A stretch of 64,000 bases of DNA from positions 23,746,001 through 23,810,000 of the forward strand of contig JBHGNT010000005.1 in the NCBI GenBank assembly GCA_043228905.1, given 5' to 3'. This DNA comes from Azolla caroliniana. Lineage: Eukaryota; Plantae; Polypodiophyta. The notes under the pieces were generated by a model that was given only the letters and a program-made list of their open reading frames with translations, had not been told where the DNA came from and made no database searches. The translations under genes were made by a program, and so were the position numbers. Of the stretch, positions 34,501 to 47,973 are shown piece after piece; within the stretch, counting starts at the first letter, position 1, and every line of letters begins with the position of its first letter.

Positions 34501-37150
34501 GGGGCTACGTGGATTTTGTTTTTAGTAGCTTTGCAACATGTAATGAAAGATCTTTTATACCTTTGATAAGATCGTCCAACACTATTTTGGGTACCTTGGA
34601 AATAGTTGACGGACTCCCAGTATCCTCCCTAATGGTTGTCTTCACTTCATCTTTCATACCCCCAACAATCGAAAGATCTTCACACCATTGGGCTCTTTTG
34701 TTGATTTTGTTGCAGGCTTCATGTACGCGATTCCAATCGAACACTAGACTAGTGGGTGTAGTCCAGTCTTCAAGGAATGCAACTAATTTTTCTCGATAGG
34801 TTCGGTCTGATGCCTTCAAGAATAATATGACCTTCTCTTGTTCCAAAAGTGTCCTTTCGGTCGTCATTAATTGGTTATAATGAGCTTCAAACTCTTTAAA
34901 CAACTCCATCACCGAAATCTTCTTGTCCTCTTTGTCCACCCAATCCAGGAAACTCCTCCTTAATGCTCGGATTGTATCACCAAGCATGTATTCATTTAAT
35001 AAAGCTTGCTCAAATGCAACCCAATCATTAGAACTTGTGAATTCAGAGACTCTATTTCTCAAAGAGAGTTCAACTATCCTTACAAAATTCATTTGAACAT
35101 CGTGTTGGTTTAATCCTTTACTACCCATCTCAGTAACATATACTTGTAAGAATTTAGTTATATTTTTACCTTCAAAGAGACCTATTTTCTCTAAAAGCTT
35201 GTCAATAGCATGATCGATTCGTTGAAGAGTAGTTGCACGTTCTCCATCTCTCTTAACTTCCCTAGTTCACGTCAGGTTCACCACTATGATGTCAATCTCG
35301 TTGTACGAGAGCAAACGGAAAAGAAAATTGCGAATCCGGGAATTAAGCATCGGGCTTCTTGTCAAAGAAAGAGGAGAAACAAAAATAACTTGTATTGATA
35401 TAAGAAGATGATTACAAAATATTTCTTGTCCAACAATATAACTTGTCTCTCCTATTACAATAGTATTTTTCGTCTACTGTTATTTCCCCCTTGATGAGTT
35501 TATTCACCCCCTTTTTATACATGAGGAGGGTGGGTGCATGAATGGCAAGTATCACCCATGCATGAGAAAAGTGGGTGCATGAGTGCCAACTGTTACCCAT
35601 ACATGAGGAAAGTGTATGCATGAGTGCCAAGTGTCATTCATTCATAAGTAGCACCTACAGTTGTGGGTAATAGCTTTAATAGATTTGATAGCTTTAATAA
35701 CTCTAAAAGCTCTAATAACTTTTATATCTCTAATAGCTTTAATAGCTTTAATAGATGTAATAGCTTAAATAGTTTTTATAGCTTTTATAGCATTTATAGC
35801 TTTATTAGCTAAAATAGCTGATAGTGATAATAACAAGTGTGTTGATAATAAATATTTTGCTTTATTATGTTTTATCATAGATTCAACTAGCTATTATCAT
35901 CCTATGACGAGTGTTCTTATCAAGTTATTAGCTATCGCTTAGCTAAACAACCATTTACAAATATTTGAATTAGTTCATATAATTTGGTAGAGGTTATTTT
36001 CTCATCGTGGCATGAAAAGGTCATGACAACACTCAACTTTGGCATATCCTTGTTGCCACTCACTTAGCACCTTTGCACTAAATCAGATAGCGAACTGCGT
36101 TCTGGCTTCGTCTTCCTGGTTTATAACCCATCTGATTCTGGTCGGACTCGTGTCCATCGTAACGAAAATCGGATAGTTCTTATACACTACTTTCCAGAGA
36201 GCCAATGTTGCCATCAACATCTCCTTTAGCCTCTGGACTGCCTCTGAGCGCTCCTCTCCACTCAAATTTTCGCCCCTTTCTCAACAATTCGTATAGTAGC
36301 GCCATCATATGTGTGTAGTAAGGAATCTAGATATTATAAAATGCACAGGCCCCTAAGAACCGTTGAACCTTAGTGGTTGTCTGGAATTCCTCCTTCATGG
36401 CCGTGATGGCCTCCACCTTCGCCAAGGATGGTTTCCGACCGCATGGCCCGCACAAGTGAGTCACCACTAGGATGTTCGATTGTCGGAATGCCGATTTCTC
36501 TTCGGAGAAGGCGAGTCGTGCACCCTCAAGCCTCTGCAATATCTTCTTGCAGTTGGAGATGTGGTTTGAGACGAAATTTCGACACCCGTCCTCTCCGACC
36601 AACTCGTCCTTCGTTTCCTTCGGACACCCCTTTATAAGGATGTCTTCCAAGAATGGCATGGTGATGTCTGGAATGAAGTCTCTTAACACCTTGTTCATTG
36701 CGTTCGCCGTGTGTGCCACCGAATTTGTGCCTCCTTGCGGTAGGGTACACATCCGAACTTAGCCAAGAGGGGTCCGCATCATCGTGATGTCCTTGCTTTC
36801 GAGGACTAGTTGGAACTAGTCATACCCAGAGGTCTAGGCACCGACTGAGTAGATAGACCTTCCAGCGAAGGCCTCCTCGAACTCATCACTTGTCGGCCTG
36901 ACCCCAGTTTTTCGAATGGTCACTTGGTTGACTAGCTGTAGGTCCTAAATGAAGTGCAATGTGTCGTTCTTCTTCGGCACCATGAACCACCGATTCCAAT
37001 AAGGGGTACTCGATAGTTCAAGGATCCCCATGTCAACCTTCTCTCTAAGCCGTTGCATCAGCTTTGGGATGTGAGCTCTTTGTACCGAAATCAATTTAAG
37101 GCTCCACGATACATGTGGTACCGTGAAGATCACCATTGGTTCCATGATTG
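31590..37150 (-). mobile_element. Degenerate non-chromoviral Gypsy pol (RT and RNase H at 36029-37150; remaining RNase H and integrase start at 31590-32297), split by a nested element
   Basis: WFMVPKKN, MCTLPQGGTNSVAH..FLEDILI, IFVTMDTSP, then RELWGII..WIAYIK..EFHKSPW..TFEKLKERYWW on the other side of the insert. Confidence 0.8.
32298..36028 (-). mobile_element. Non-autonomous ~3.7-kb LTR element encoding only gag and protease, with a tRNA-Trp PBS
   Basis: Similar LTRs at ~32298-33019 and 35287-36028. PBS TGGTGAACCTGACGTGAA (35283-35266) matches a plant tRNA-Trp 3' end. PPT AAGGGGGAGGA. Gag-like ORF 34505-35128, knuckle CIWCDNDD and protease LIDHGSNIN. No RT or integrase. Confidence 0.8.
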
Positions 37151-37350
37151 TGTTGGGATTTCGGTCCATCCGAATGAGATCCGGAAACCGGTTCGGAACG
37201 ACCCGGTGAGTAAGCCCACTATGGCTAGATTTGTAAATAGTCCTAAGGTCATATGAGTATAAATATGACCTAGGGCAAACAGTTAGTATAGTGTGTGATA
37301 CACAGATATTATTGTTGTAATCATTATTGTTGTACAGAGATATAGAAGGA

Positions 37351-40300
37351 TGTTAAGAAAATATGCGTATATCGCTCTCGGCCACAACCGAGTCCTGAAC
37401 ACAGAAATGGGGAAAGAATGGAGAGGACACAAAGGAATGACACATGATGTTTACGTGGAAAACCCTAATAGGAAAAAAACCACGGGAGCCCACAGACTCC
37501 GAACTATCACTATGAAGAGAGGAAAAAATACAAGGTGGATTCACAGAGGCAACGACCTCATGCTCTCGATCTTCACCAGGCAGCGGTTACAACAGAGAAT
37601 GCTCGTAGCTACTCTCACGCTCTCTCTTTCTGTCTCTATACAATAATAACAACAATATGCAGCACACACAATCTCTATGACCCTAATCAATAAGTGATTT
37701 GCCCTAGGTCATATTTATACTAATATACCTTTAGGACTATTTACAAATGTAACCTCCATGGGCTTACTAAGAAACATATTTACAAATATGTCTTCTACAC
37801 CCGGTTCTCATCGGGTCCTCATCATCCGGTTCTCACTGGGTCTTCTACATCCGGTTCTCAAGATCGCATCCGGAGGGACCGAAATCCCAACAATCTCTCC
37901 CTTCACTCCGGCATGGGATGTCTAGTCAGCCCGATCCGCCTCCGGCATGAATCCAGCTTGTTGGGTGTCAACACTTTGGTCCGCATGTCCGACCCGTTCT
38001 CCTCCGTGTGGATTTTTGTCAACACGAACTCTTGATCTTCCACTCTTTCCTGGATCCACTGGTACCTCTGTTGGATATGTTTCGTCTGGAAATGGTAGGC
38101 CGCATTCTTTGCAAGGTGGATGGCACTCGAACTGTCGCAATAGAGCCGGTATTCCTCCTGTTGGATCCCTAGCTCACCGATGAAGTCCTTCATCCAGATT
38201 ATTTCCTTGCCGAATTCCACAGCTCCCATGTACTCCGCTTCCGTGGTTGATAACACAACCATCTTTTGCAGCCATGACTGCCACGAAACAACTCCCCCTG
38301 CATAAGTCATGACATAGCCGGATGTGGACCGGCTAGTATCCGCATCAGCCGACATGTCTGAATCCGTGAATCCGTCAAGTTGAGGTTTACCGAAGCCAAA
38401 TCGGAGGCACATGCTCAAGGTGCCTTTCAAATACTGGAGTATCCTCTTGACCGCATTCTAGGGTTCTCTTCCGGGATTCTCATGAACCGGCTCACCACTC
38501 CGACTGCATATCCGATATTCGGCCGAGTACACACCATTGCATACATCAAGCTCCCGACGGTAGAGGCACATGGTATCTTCATCATATTCACCTTTTCTGC
38601 CTTTGTCCTCGGGCTCTACTTTCCGGATGGCTTGTAGTTTGCCGGAAGTGTTGATCCGACCGATTTCGCATCTAACATGTTAAACCGTTGAAGCACCTTC
38701 GTCACGTAGTTTTCCTGTGACAACCACAACAGTTTTTTCGACCAGTCCCGGATGATATGCATCCCCAATATCTGCTTTGCCGGACCCAAGTCTTTCATTG
38801 AGAAGATCCGGTTCAGAGCCTTCTTCAGCATCCGAATCTTGCCCTGGTCTCATCAGACGATCAGCATATCATCCACATATAGGAGTATCAAGAATTCTCC
38901 TCCGTCAAATTTCTTCACAAACACACAGTGATCGGCTTGCGTTTTGTGGTATCCTTGATCGGTCAGGAAGGAGTCGAACTTCTGGTACCATTGTTGGGGA
39001 GCTTGCTTCAGTCCGTATAAGCTCTTCTTCAGCTAGCACACCAGGTGCTCCTTCCCTTTCTCCTCAAATCCTTCCGGTTGATGCATGTAGATCTCCTCTT
39101 TGAGGTCATCGGGGAGGAACGTCGTCTTGACGTCTAGTTGCTCTACCTCGAGGTCCATGCTTGCCGCTATGCTCAGCACCGTTCGGATGGAAGTCATCTT
39201 AACTACCGGGGCAAATATCTCGTCGAAGTCCACTCCCTTCTTCTGCCGGAACCCCTTCATCACAATCCTGGCTTTGTATCTCAGGGGGTTTCCGGCATCT
39301 CCCAGTTTTAGCTTATACACCCACTTGTTCCGGAGAGCCCTCTTCCCTTTCAACAACTCCACCAATTCATACGTGTGGTTCTCATGTAGGGAATCCATCT
39401 CATCCTGCATGGCACTTAACCACTTGCGAATGTCGGTGTCTCTCTTAGCTTCTTCGAAGCTTTCCGGCTCCCCTCATCGGTTAGCAACACATGCTCTGCA
39501 TCTGGAAATCTCCGGGGGGGCTCTTCTCTATCGGAGAGGAAATCTTCGTCCTTGGTTTCGGACTACCAGTTCCTCCATTTCTTCCTCATCCGAATCTGAT
39601 TTGGGATCTTGTCCGGTTTCAGTGTCTTCTTCTTCTTCTTCTTCTTCTTCGGTCGGTTCAGATTCTGCTTTGAAACCGGCCGATTCTTCGAGTGTCAACC
39701 GGCTCCCAACCGGATGGGTCCTCAGCTCTTCTAGCTGATCCTTACCTGTCAGCCCAGAATTCATTATCTTCTTCTCCGACTCCCGGTCTACAATGGTCTT
39801 GTCCTCCATGAAGATAATATCTCGACGCCGGCAAACCTTTCTGTCGACAAGGTCCCACACCCGGTAACTAAACTCATCATCGTCGTATCCAAGGAATATG
39901 CATGGCCTGGACTTCGGATCCAGCTTTGCTCTCTTGTCCTTCGCCACATGCATGTATGCGAGACATCGGAACACCTTCAGATGCTGGTAAGAAAACACAT
40001 CCTTACCAGTCCATACTTTCTGCGGTGAGTCTCCTCCCAAGGGTACTGAGGGTGATCTGTTTATCACGTAGGTCGCCATCGTCAGCACCTCAGCCCAAAA
40101 CGGCTTGGGTAACTTGGCATGTGCGAGCATGCTCTGGACTCTCTCCATTATGGTTCGGTTCATCCTTTCGACCAGCCCATTTAGTTTCGGTGTCTTCGGC
40201 ACAGTGAATTCGAGCTGGATTCCCTTCAACCGGCAGTACTCCTCGAACTACCCTCGGTATTCTCCTCCGTTATCCGCTTGAACCGCCTTCAGCTTCCGGC

Positions 40301-42452
40301 CGGTTTCTCTTTCCACTCTCGCATGGAGCTCCTTGAAGACGGATAGTACCTGATCCTTCGTCTTCAACGGTGAGACCCACAACTTCCGGCAGTAGTCATC
40401 TATGAACGTCACAAACTACTGCGATCCGGCATGTGACTTCGTGTCCACTTGACACACATCGGTATGCACCAGCTCCAGTGGTGCATTCTGTCTCATCGGT
40501 GGCCTTGATCGGAAGGAGGTTCAGTTTTGCTTGCCGGCCAAGAAATCAGTGCACTTCTCAAGTTGCACGTCCTTCATCGGAATGAGATTGTCTTCCTCAA
40601 GCCTCTTCATCCCCTTCTCACTCATGTGACATAGTCTTTTGCGCCACAACTCACCGGCAGTGTCGAAAGCTACGTTCTCTTCTTCTTCCCGGCATAATTG
40701 GGCATTCATCAGGAACAATGTGTGGACTTTCCGGGCCCAAGCCACTATTAGGCTCCTCTTGCTGAACTTCATGACTCCATTCCAGATGCTACCCATGTAG
40801 GCTTCATCATCTAGTCAACCAGCTGATATTAGGTTCAGTCGAACCTCCGGAACGTGTCAGATATCCTTCAGCAGAAACTTGCATCCGGTTGGTGTCGTCA
40901 AGCATATGTCTCCTATGCCGACAATTCGGTATGTACCTTCATTCCCCATCCAGACACAACTGTGCTCACCGGCTGTGTAGGATGAGAAGCATTTCCAGTC
41001 CGGGGTAAGGTGGAACGACGCTCCGGAATTGACAACCCACGTTGTCTCGTCGCCAGAAAAATTCAACTCACTCTCCTTAGTGATGAGCATTACTTCTTCT
41101 TCACTTGCCACGATCGTCGTCGTTCCCTTCCGGTCTGGGCCTCACCGATCTGAACCGTTTCGGTCCGGTGACTTCTTTGAATTGGTACTATCGGTTCCCT
41201 TGTCTTTCCAGAAATGTAGACAGTTCTTCTGGAAGTGCCCCAGCTTGCCACAATAGAAGCAAGTGGGCCTCCCCCTTGACTTTGACCATGTCCCCAACTT
41301 TTCCCCGTTCTAGGGACTTTGATTCCTTTGTCTTCCGCGTTCCGATTCGGTAAGGAGGGCTTTGGCGTCGAAGATCACCTCCTTGACTTTCTAACGCGCT
41401 TCCTCATCTAGCAACCTCGACTTGACTCTTGCTAGGGACAACTATTTTCCTTCCGGCCCGACATTGCCCAACGTGACAACTCACGTCTCCCTTCTATCCA
41501 GGAGGGAACCGAGTAGGAGCAATGCAAGTACCTCATCGGCAAGAGGTACTTCTAACGAGTTTGCCTAGTGCTCCGCCATACTGGAGCCATCTTGGTACTG
41601 GAGCCTCACTAGCTTCCAGAATACCGAAACCTGATTAACAACATTCTTGTTCTGGAACATGATGTCGATCTTCTCTCAGAGTTCATGAGCCTTACTTTCT
41701 TCATTGAAGTTTTTGTACAGGCTCATGTCGATGAAGCACCGATTGTATGTCTTCGTCTTCATGTGCATCACCTCCCACATTGTGGCTTCGATATTATACG
41801 GTCTCTTGTCCCCGAACTGAACCGGCAACCAAAGATCTTTAACCACCAGCATATCCCTCATCTTCGATTTCCACACTGAGTAGTTGGAGCCGGTTTAGGG
41901 TTTAGGGTTCTTCCATTAGCTCTGATACTAGTTTGTTAAGAAAACACGCAGAATATTGTTCGGCCACAACCAAGTCCTGAACATAGAAATGGGGAAAGAA
42001 AAGAGAGTACATAGAAGAATGACACAAGATGTTTACGTGGAAAACCCTAATAGGGAAAAAAACCACGGGAGCCCACAGACTCTGAACTATCACTACAAAG
42101 AGAGGAAAAAATACAAGGTAGAGACATAGAGGCAACGACCTCGTGCTCTCGATCTTCGCCAAGAGGCGGTTACAACAGAGAGTGCTCGTAGCTACTCTCA
42201 CGCTCTCTCTGTCTATTTCTCTATACAAAAATTACAACAATATGCAACACACACAATCTCTATGACCCTCCTCAGTAAGTGATTTGCCCTAGCTCATATT
42301 TATACTAATATACCTTTAGGACTATTTACAAATGTAACCTCCATGGGCTTACTAAGAAACATATTTACAAATATGTCTTCTACATCCGGTTCTCACCGGG
42401 TCTTCTATGTCCGGTTCTCAAGATCCCATCCAAAGGGACCGAAATCCCAACA
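37351..42452 (-). mobile_element. Full-length but decayed Ty1/Copia element (Tork/Tnt1-like)
   Basis: LTRs 37351-37892 and 41934-42452 (TG..CA). TSD AAGGA/ACGGA. PBS TAGTATCAGAGC (iMet-like) and PPT GAAGGGAGAGAT. Gag, WVVNSGASFH protease, integrase NGLVERMNRT, RT RYKARIVMKG..QLDVKT, RNase H. Many stops. Confidence 0.93.
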
Positions 42453-42470
42453 ACGGAGAATGAGAGATAG

Positions 42471-45400
42471 ATAGATTATATTATCGTCTTCGGAGGTCAA
42501 ATATGACCTATTAGACCAAAAATATTACATTTCACGTGATACGTGTGAGGGTGAGTAGCAACTCTCGATGTTCAAGAACTTTACCAATGAATGTTGCAAT
42601 CAAGAGTGCATATCGTGGTTGTGAGAGAAATTCGTGCAAGGATTCGGCTCGATCGAAGAGATGTGGAAAGCATGGTCGAATATGATCAAAGGCAGAGCAT
42701 TGTATCAAAGTGTGATACTCAGACTCTCGACCTTGTTTAGGGCAAAGTGTGCATAGTCGGCCACTCTCATCACTTGTGCCCCAACGCCTCGTCTCATATC
42801 TCAATGTGTGCGAGCTAAGTCGCATGGAAGCAATGGTTTGAATGGCAGATATCGGGATGGGCTCTAACATGTATCGATGTGTACGGTTTCCCCGTTCCGC
42901 GAAGAATATGGTTTTGTAGTTAGGTGCAACATTTGTAGTATAATGTGTGAAGCATGAGCCACCACATTTGTCCCATGTCGTGATACATTGGTGTTACAAA
43001 AAGGCCTCATTTACGGAGGAATCTAGTGACGCATCATGAAGCAAGTGTCTTGCATTCCATCTACCAAACCATTTTTCTAAATCTTGCATCCAACCGGAAC
43101 ACAAAATTTTGCTTTTATGCGTCTTTTGGATCTTTTTTCTTGCTTCCCATGCAATTCTAGGAAGTCGATGTGAGGGACTTTTTTGAACCTTAAGCATGTA
43201 TTCAACAACCCTTTTCATGGCCATGATCTCAATGGGAAGCGATCCCGTCTCAAGGAGGAGGAGGGTGTAGGGCGTTTATTTCTTAACTTGTAGAAACTTT
43301 GTAAGAAAATGTTTTTGGAAATTTTCAAACTCTTTCCACGTAGATTTAGGGATGCTACCGCCCCATACTTCCACCCCATAGAGAAGAACCAGGGTCACCA
43401 AAGTGTCAAAAAGATATTTCTTGAGGACCCAACATTTAATATCTCCAAGATTGCATGTGTTCTCAAATGCATAATATGCTCGCTTACCTACCTCTAAGCG
43501 GCGTGTAGCACATTCGTTCCATTTATGATTTGAAGGAACTTCAAGGCCAAGATATTTGAAGCTTTCCACACATTCAAGTGGCTCATTGCTGTAGATAATG
43601 CATGGTTTATCTTTTTTTTGACTCTTCACAAGTATAATCTTTGATTTAGAGCTATTGACACTTAATCTAGTATGCATGCAAAAATTTTGCAATGCCTTCA
43701 TAAGCTTTTGTGCATCTCCTAAAGTATTTGCAAAAAGCACTACATCATCCGCATATAACAAAAGCATAATCACAACATTCCCAATGGAAACTTCTTCAAC
43801 ACATTCTTCCTTTACAAACTTGGTAACCATTTCTTCTAATTCATCAATGCATAGACCAAATAATGTTGGTGAGAGTGGGCATCCTTGCTTAACACCAATA
43901 GTGCTATTGAAAAAATCGGAAAGTCTATCTCTCATACGCACACAACATATAACCTTCTCATATGTTCGGGAAATTGCGAGCATATATTCACTTGGCACCT
44001 CAAGTTCTTCCATCCGCCTCCAAAGATGCTCACGAGGTACCATATCAAAAGCTTTCTTGAAGTCTACAAAGCAACAATATAAACCTTTACCTCTAAGGCG
44101 ACTTTCCTCCATTAATACTCGAAGAGTGACAAGATGATCAATGGTGCTATGGTGTTTTCGAAAACCAGCTTGTCCATAAGCTCTCTTACCATTTTTTTCT
44201 GCCCATACACTTATCTTTGATTCCATTATACATCCAAATAGTTTTCCCATTAATGAGCCAACCATGATGGTTCGATAGTTGTTTACATTATTTACATCTC
44301 CGCCTTTATGTAAAGGTTTGATCCAATTTGTAGTCCAATCATATGGCATACCATGTTGCAATGCATCATTAAACATATCGCATATCCATATATGTACTTC
44401 CTTTCCCGTCCATTTGAGCATTTCAACTTTTATACCATTGAAGATCGCTTGCCTTTCGAGAGGCCAATTTCCTATGCATATATCTTCAATTGTAAAGAAG
44501 GGAGGCATATGTGAAAGAGAACCATAACACATCATCTTTCCGGCAAGAGATAACTCATATAAATTCTTACAATGCATAGACAAGTCATGAAGAGTAACGT
44601 CACCATAACTCTCAACACGTTTCCCCTTTAGATTTCCCCAAAATTTAGCACATGCATGTGCTTTCTCTTGCGTTTGGAGAAGTTGTTGAGTAACTTCCCA
44701 TATTCGTCTCTTTCTTTGAATAAGCCTTTTATAGTCATGCAAATGCTTTTGGTAATTTTCTTTATCCATAACTACATCCAAAACCATAAGGCACTTTCTA
44801 GCTTCATGACATTCTTTATCAAACCTTTTTTTCTTACATTTCTTGGTGCATTTCCATGATGTGCGGTTGGTCGAAAAACATTTATTTGTACAAGAGAGAA
44901 TGATATTCTTAAAAGATTCCCATTTGCATTCTAGTGTGGCACCATGTTGTGTCTTTGTTATTTGTAACATATCCTCAACCATCTTGGAATACATGGGCGC
45001 TCGCTTAAGATTCATGCTCAAGTGTGTTTGTTTTCTATCTTCAATGACCTTGTCGCAATCAAACCTATGCATACATTTGAGATCAATACATAAATTCCTA
45101 TGATCGGATTCCGGTGTCCATCCCCCCAGCGAGAATTTATGTATACGATCCAAAATACCTTCGGAAAGTAGCACATAGTCAATCACACTATTTCCGTTGT
45201 GTTTTCTACATGTAAATCCATTAGTATTGGGCCATAAGGAAACACCATTTGCAATAAGCAATCCGGTACTATTGCACATTTGTAGGAGTAGTTTCCCAAA
45301 TTGGTCCGGATCTTTTTCATCGCTAGAAGATCAACTATACATTTGCATATCCTCTTGCATCCTTGAGATATGTGGCATGAAAGATTCTTGTGAATCAAGT

Positions 45401-46080
45401 TGGAAACTTCTTGTACGAGCATTCATGTCACCAAAGACAATAACTTCCCCTTTGGATTTGAAATAAGCAATATCATCTTCTAGATTTGCAAAAGGTTGAT
45501 CTTTATCCAAACAAGCATAGAAGTTAGAATCTTGATGAGGAATGTCACATCCAACGACAAAAGTGGGCAAATCATTAGGTGTTTCTATTTTGAGCCATAT
45601 GTACCATTTATGTTCATCATTTTTTACGATTGACACATATTTCTCTATTTCCTTCTTAATCAAACATGCCACCCCTCCTTGTCCTCTTCTTTGTCTTGGA
45701 TTTTTCTCCCATATCAAAGAGTGTACATTATAGTTTCCTAAACCTTGAATCCTTTGAGTATCATGCTCCCATGTTTCAACAAGAAGTGTGATATCTGAGT
45801 CATCGATGAACTCCTCTATGCCGAATCCCGCATTCCATGGGTATCCATTGAAATTCTAAAAACATAGTCGTAAAAGACGTGGTTTAGTCTCATAGGTCAT
45901 GTGTCCCTATTTACCTACATTTCCATCTTTAAGCACATCATTAACCTTATTTTTCAATCTTTCTTCATATGCTTTACGCCGGGCATTTTGTTGTGAGATA
46001 GTACGATCTTCACTCACAAAGCATTGCATACCTTTGAGGTATACCCAAATATTTTCGAGTATGATCCGCCGCTTTGTATC
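42471..46080 (-). mobile_element. 5'-truncated, decayed LINE (RTE-X-like), same family as 55771-60370
   Basis: End of ORF1, APE, RT (LLYADDVVL) and C-terminal ETR(G)RW..CTLC..EYH..C zinc finger. CTAT tail. TSD GAGAGATAG at 42462-42470 and 46082-46090. Confidence 0.92.
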
Positions 46081-47673
46081 AGAGAGATAGTGAAAGGATA
46101 CTACGAGCTTTTCTGTTGTAACCGCCGCCCAGCGAAGATTGTGTGCACGAGGTCGTTGCCTCTATGCATCAAAGAAAATTAAAAATGGGGAAATTCAGAA
46201 ACAAATAAGAAAAAGTGGACTTTAAACTGAAATCCGATGCAATGCATCAAATAATCAAAAATCGTAAATAGAAAGTACGTAAGTAAATATCATAACCAAA
46301 AAGTGAAGAAGAAAGAATGCATCAAGCACATCTACTCTTACATTGGATAATGTTTATATACTAGTTTATGCCTTATCTTTGACCAAAACAAGTTATCTGC
46401 GACAAACCACAACGAAGATACTAAAAATGGATCTTAAATGTGGCTTCAGACCCAACACAAAGAAAAACAAGAAGCATGACTCATAACCTCGATGAGGTTG
46501 GATTGCAATTGGATGAAGACAATGCATTAGTTGCCATTGATGATGAGGATGAGACCTCATAAACTCTTACTAGTTCATCTAATGGGTATGAAGATAATGG
46601 CATAAACTTTGAAAACAATTGATGTGATACGTTAACTGTAAATATTGTATTGTACATCAAGATTTGGATTCATGAATTTCTATAAATATTGGTGTTAGTC
46701 ATTTTGGACATTCATTTGTAAGTTTGGCATGTCCATTATTTAGGCATTTTTTTGAACACCTAAATTTCCGTACATGCTAGAAATCAATATATTTTTGGGT
46801 CATTTTTTAAAATCCTTTATGCATGCGGCACCCTTTTTTGTGAATCACCCTAATTTTTGTCATTTTTTGATTGACAGATCTCATAATGCGACATATTACC
46901 TGTTTCAAATGTCCCGGTGTTTCACGACTACGAATGTCAATCTATGCTTTTAACTGAAATCAACATGTTCCCGTTTTTGTCTTGGTGACAATGTGCACAT
47001 TAAATTGCAAGTCTCATTGGTAAAATTGTTCAGAAACTTATCAGCTTCACTTGCCAATACGCAAAAACATATGACATTGCGAACTAATAAGAAAATACAT
47101 TTATCTATGTACCTGACTTTATCATAATAAACGTTATCCTCTGGGTTCTAACGTTCTTAATAGTATAAATATTGTTTTGCCAAGTTTAAGAGAAGTTGTG
47201 AATGACAACTATTGTTGTGGATAATACATGGTAAAGTATATTTCAATATACATAGTATACATTTTCTAAAATGAAGGAGATATGAAGGTAACATGAATTC
47301 TTGAAAATTTAGATCGCAATTGCGACTTAGATTCTCTTCATAGTTACTTATTACATTAAAAGAAATATATGAAACCGAATAATAAATTATCTCAATGCAA
47401 TTATACTTCATGTTTCTTCTTCTACATGGTATTAGAGGATTTTGTTTTAGGATCGTCAAATTTTTCACACAATCAAAAGATGAATATACCATGCCATTGT
47501 CAAAACCTTCACCCTCTTGATCTCCTTCATCGTCATTGATATCTTCAACATTTCATGCAACAATAATATCTTATCTAATAAGTTCCCATCTTGCATTTCC
47601 AACTTTGCACAAGTACAATCATAACCATGAACACTACTACATCCTCAAACTCCACTAATAGTGCCCTTGTAAT

Positions 47674-47973
47674 TAGGAATTGGCAATGGTTCGATTTCGG
47701 CTTAACCGGTTTGGCATTGTCCAAACCAAGTCAACCTTTAACCGGTTTGAGAGTTTTCAAACTTGAATAAAACCGATTCCAAAATTGATTAAGGCTTAAC
47801 CATTTTGAATTGGTTAACAATAAACCGGTTTGGCCAAATTGTTTAAGCCATAACTAGTTTATCAACCACTTTCTTCCTAAATGGTCCAGTTAGACTTGAG
47901 TTGAGCTTAAACTGGTTAAGGAGGCTTAAGCCGGGACCGAGCCATACAAACTTTTAAAAATAGCAAATCCCTA
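47674..47973. mobile_element. MITE, hAT-like
   Basis: Imperfect TIRs TAGGAATTGGCAAT / ATAGCAAATCCCTA and many subterminal AACCGG(TT) motifs. No clear TSD. Confidence 0.5.

Larger units (their letters stand above)
37151..46170 (+). mobile_element. Copia-type LTR split into 37151-37350, 42453-42470 and 46081-46170 by a Copia and a LINE insertion
   Basis: Starts TGTTGGGATTTCGGTCC. The piece after 46081 (CTACGAGC..CTGTTGTAACCGCC..GCACGAGGTCGTTGCCTCTATG) matches the reverse complement of the nested Copia LTR. Confidence 0.75.

Noticed and set aside
41893-41908. Interstitial telomere (TTTAGGG)2
   Set aside because: Only two units, lying in the first codons of Copia gag. Likely coincidental.
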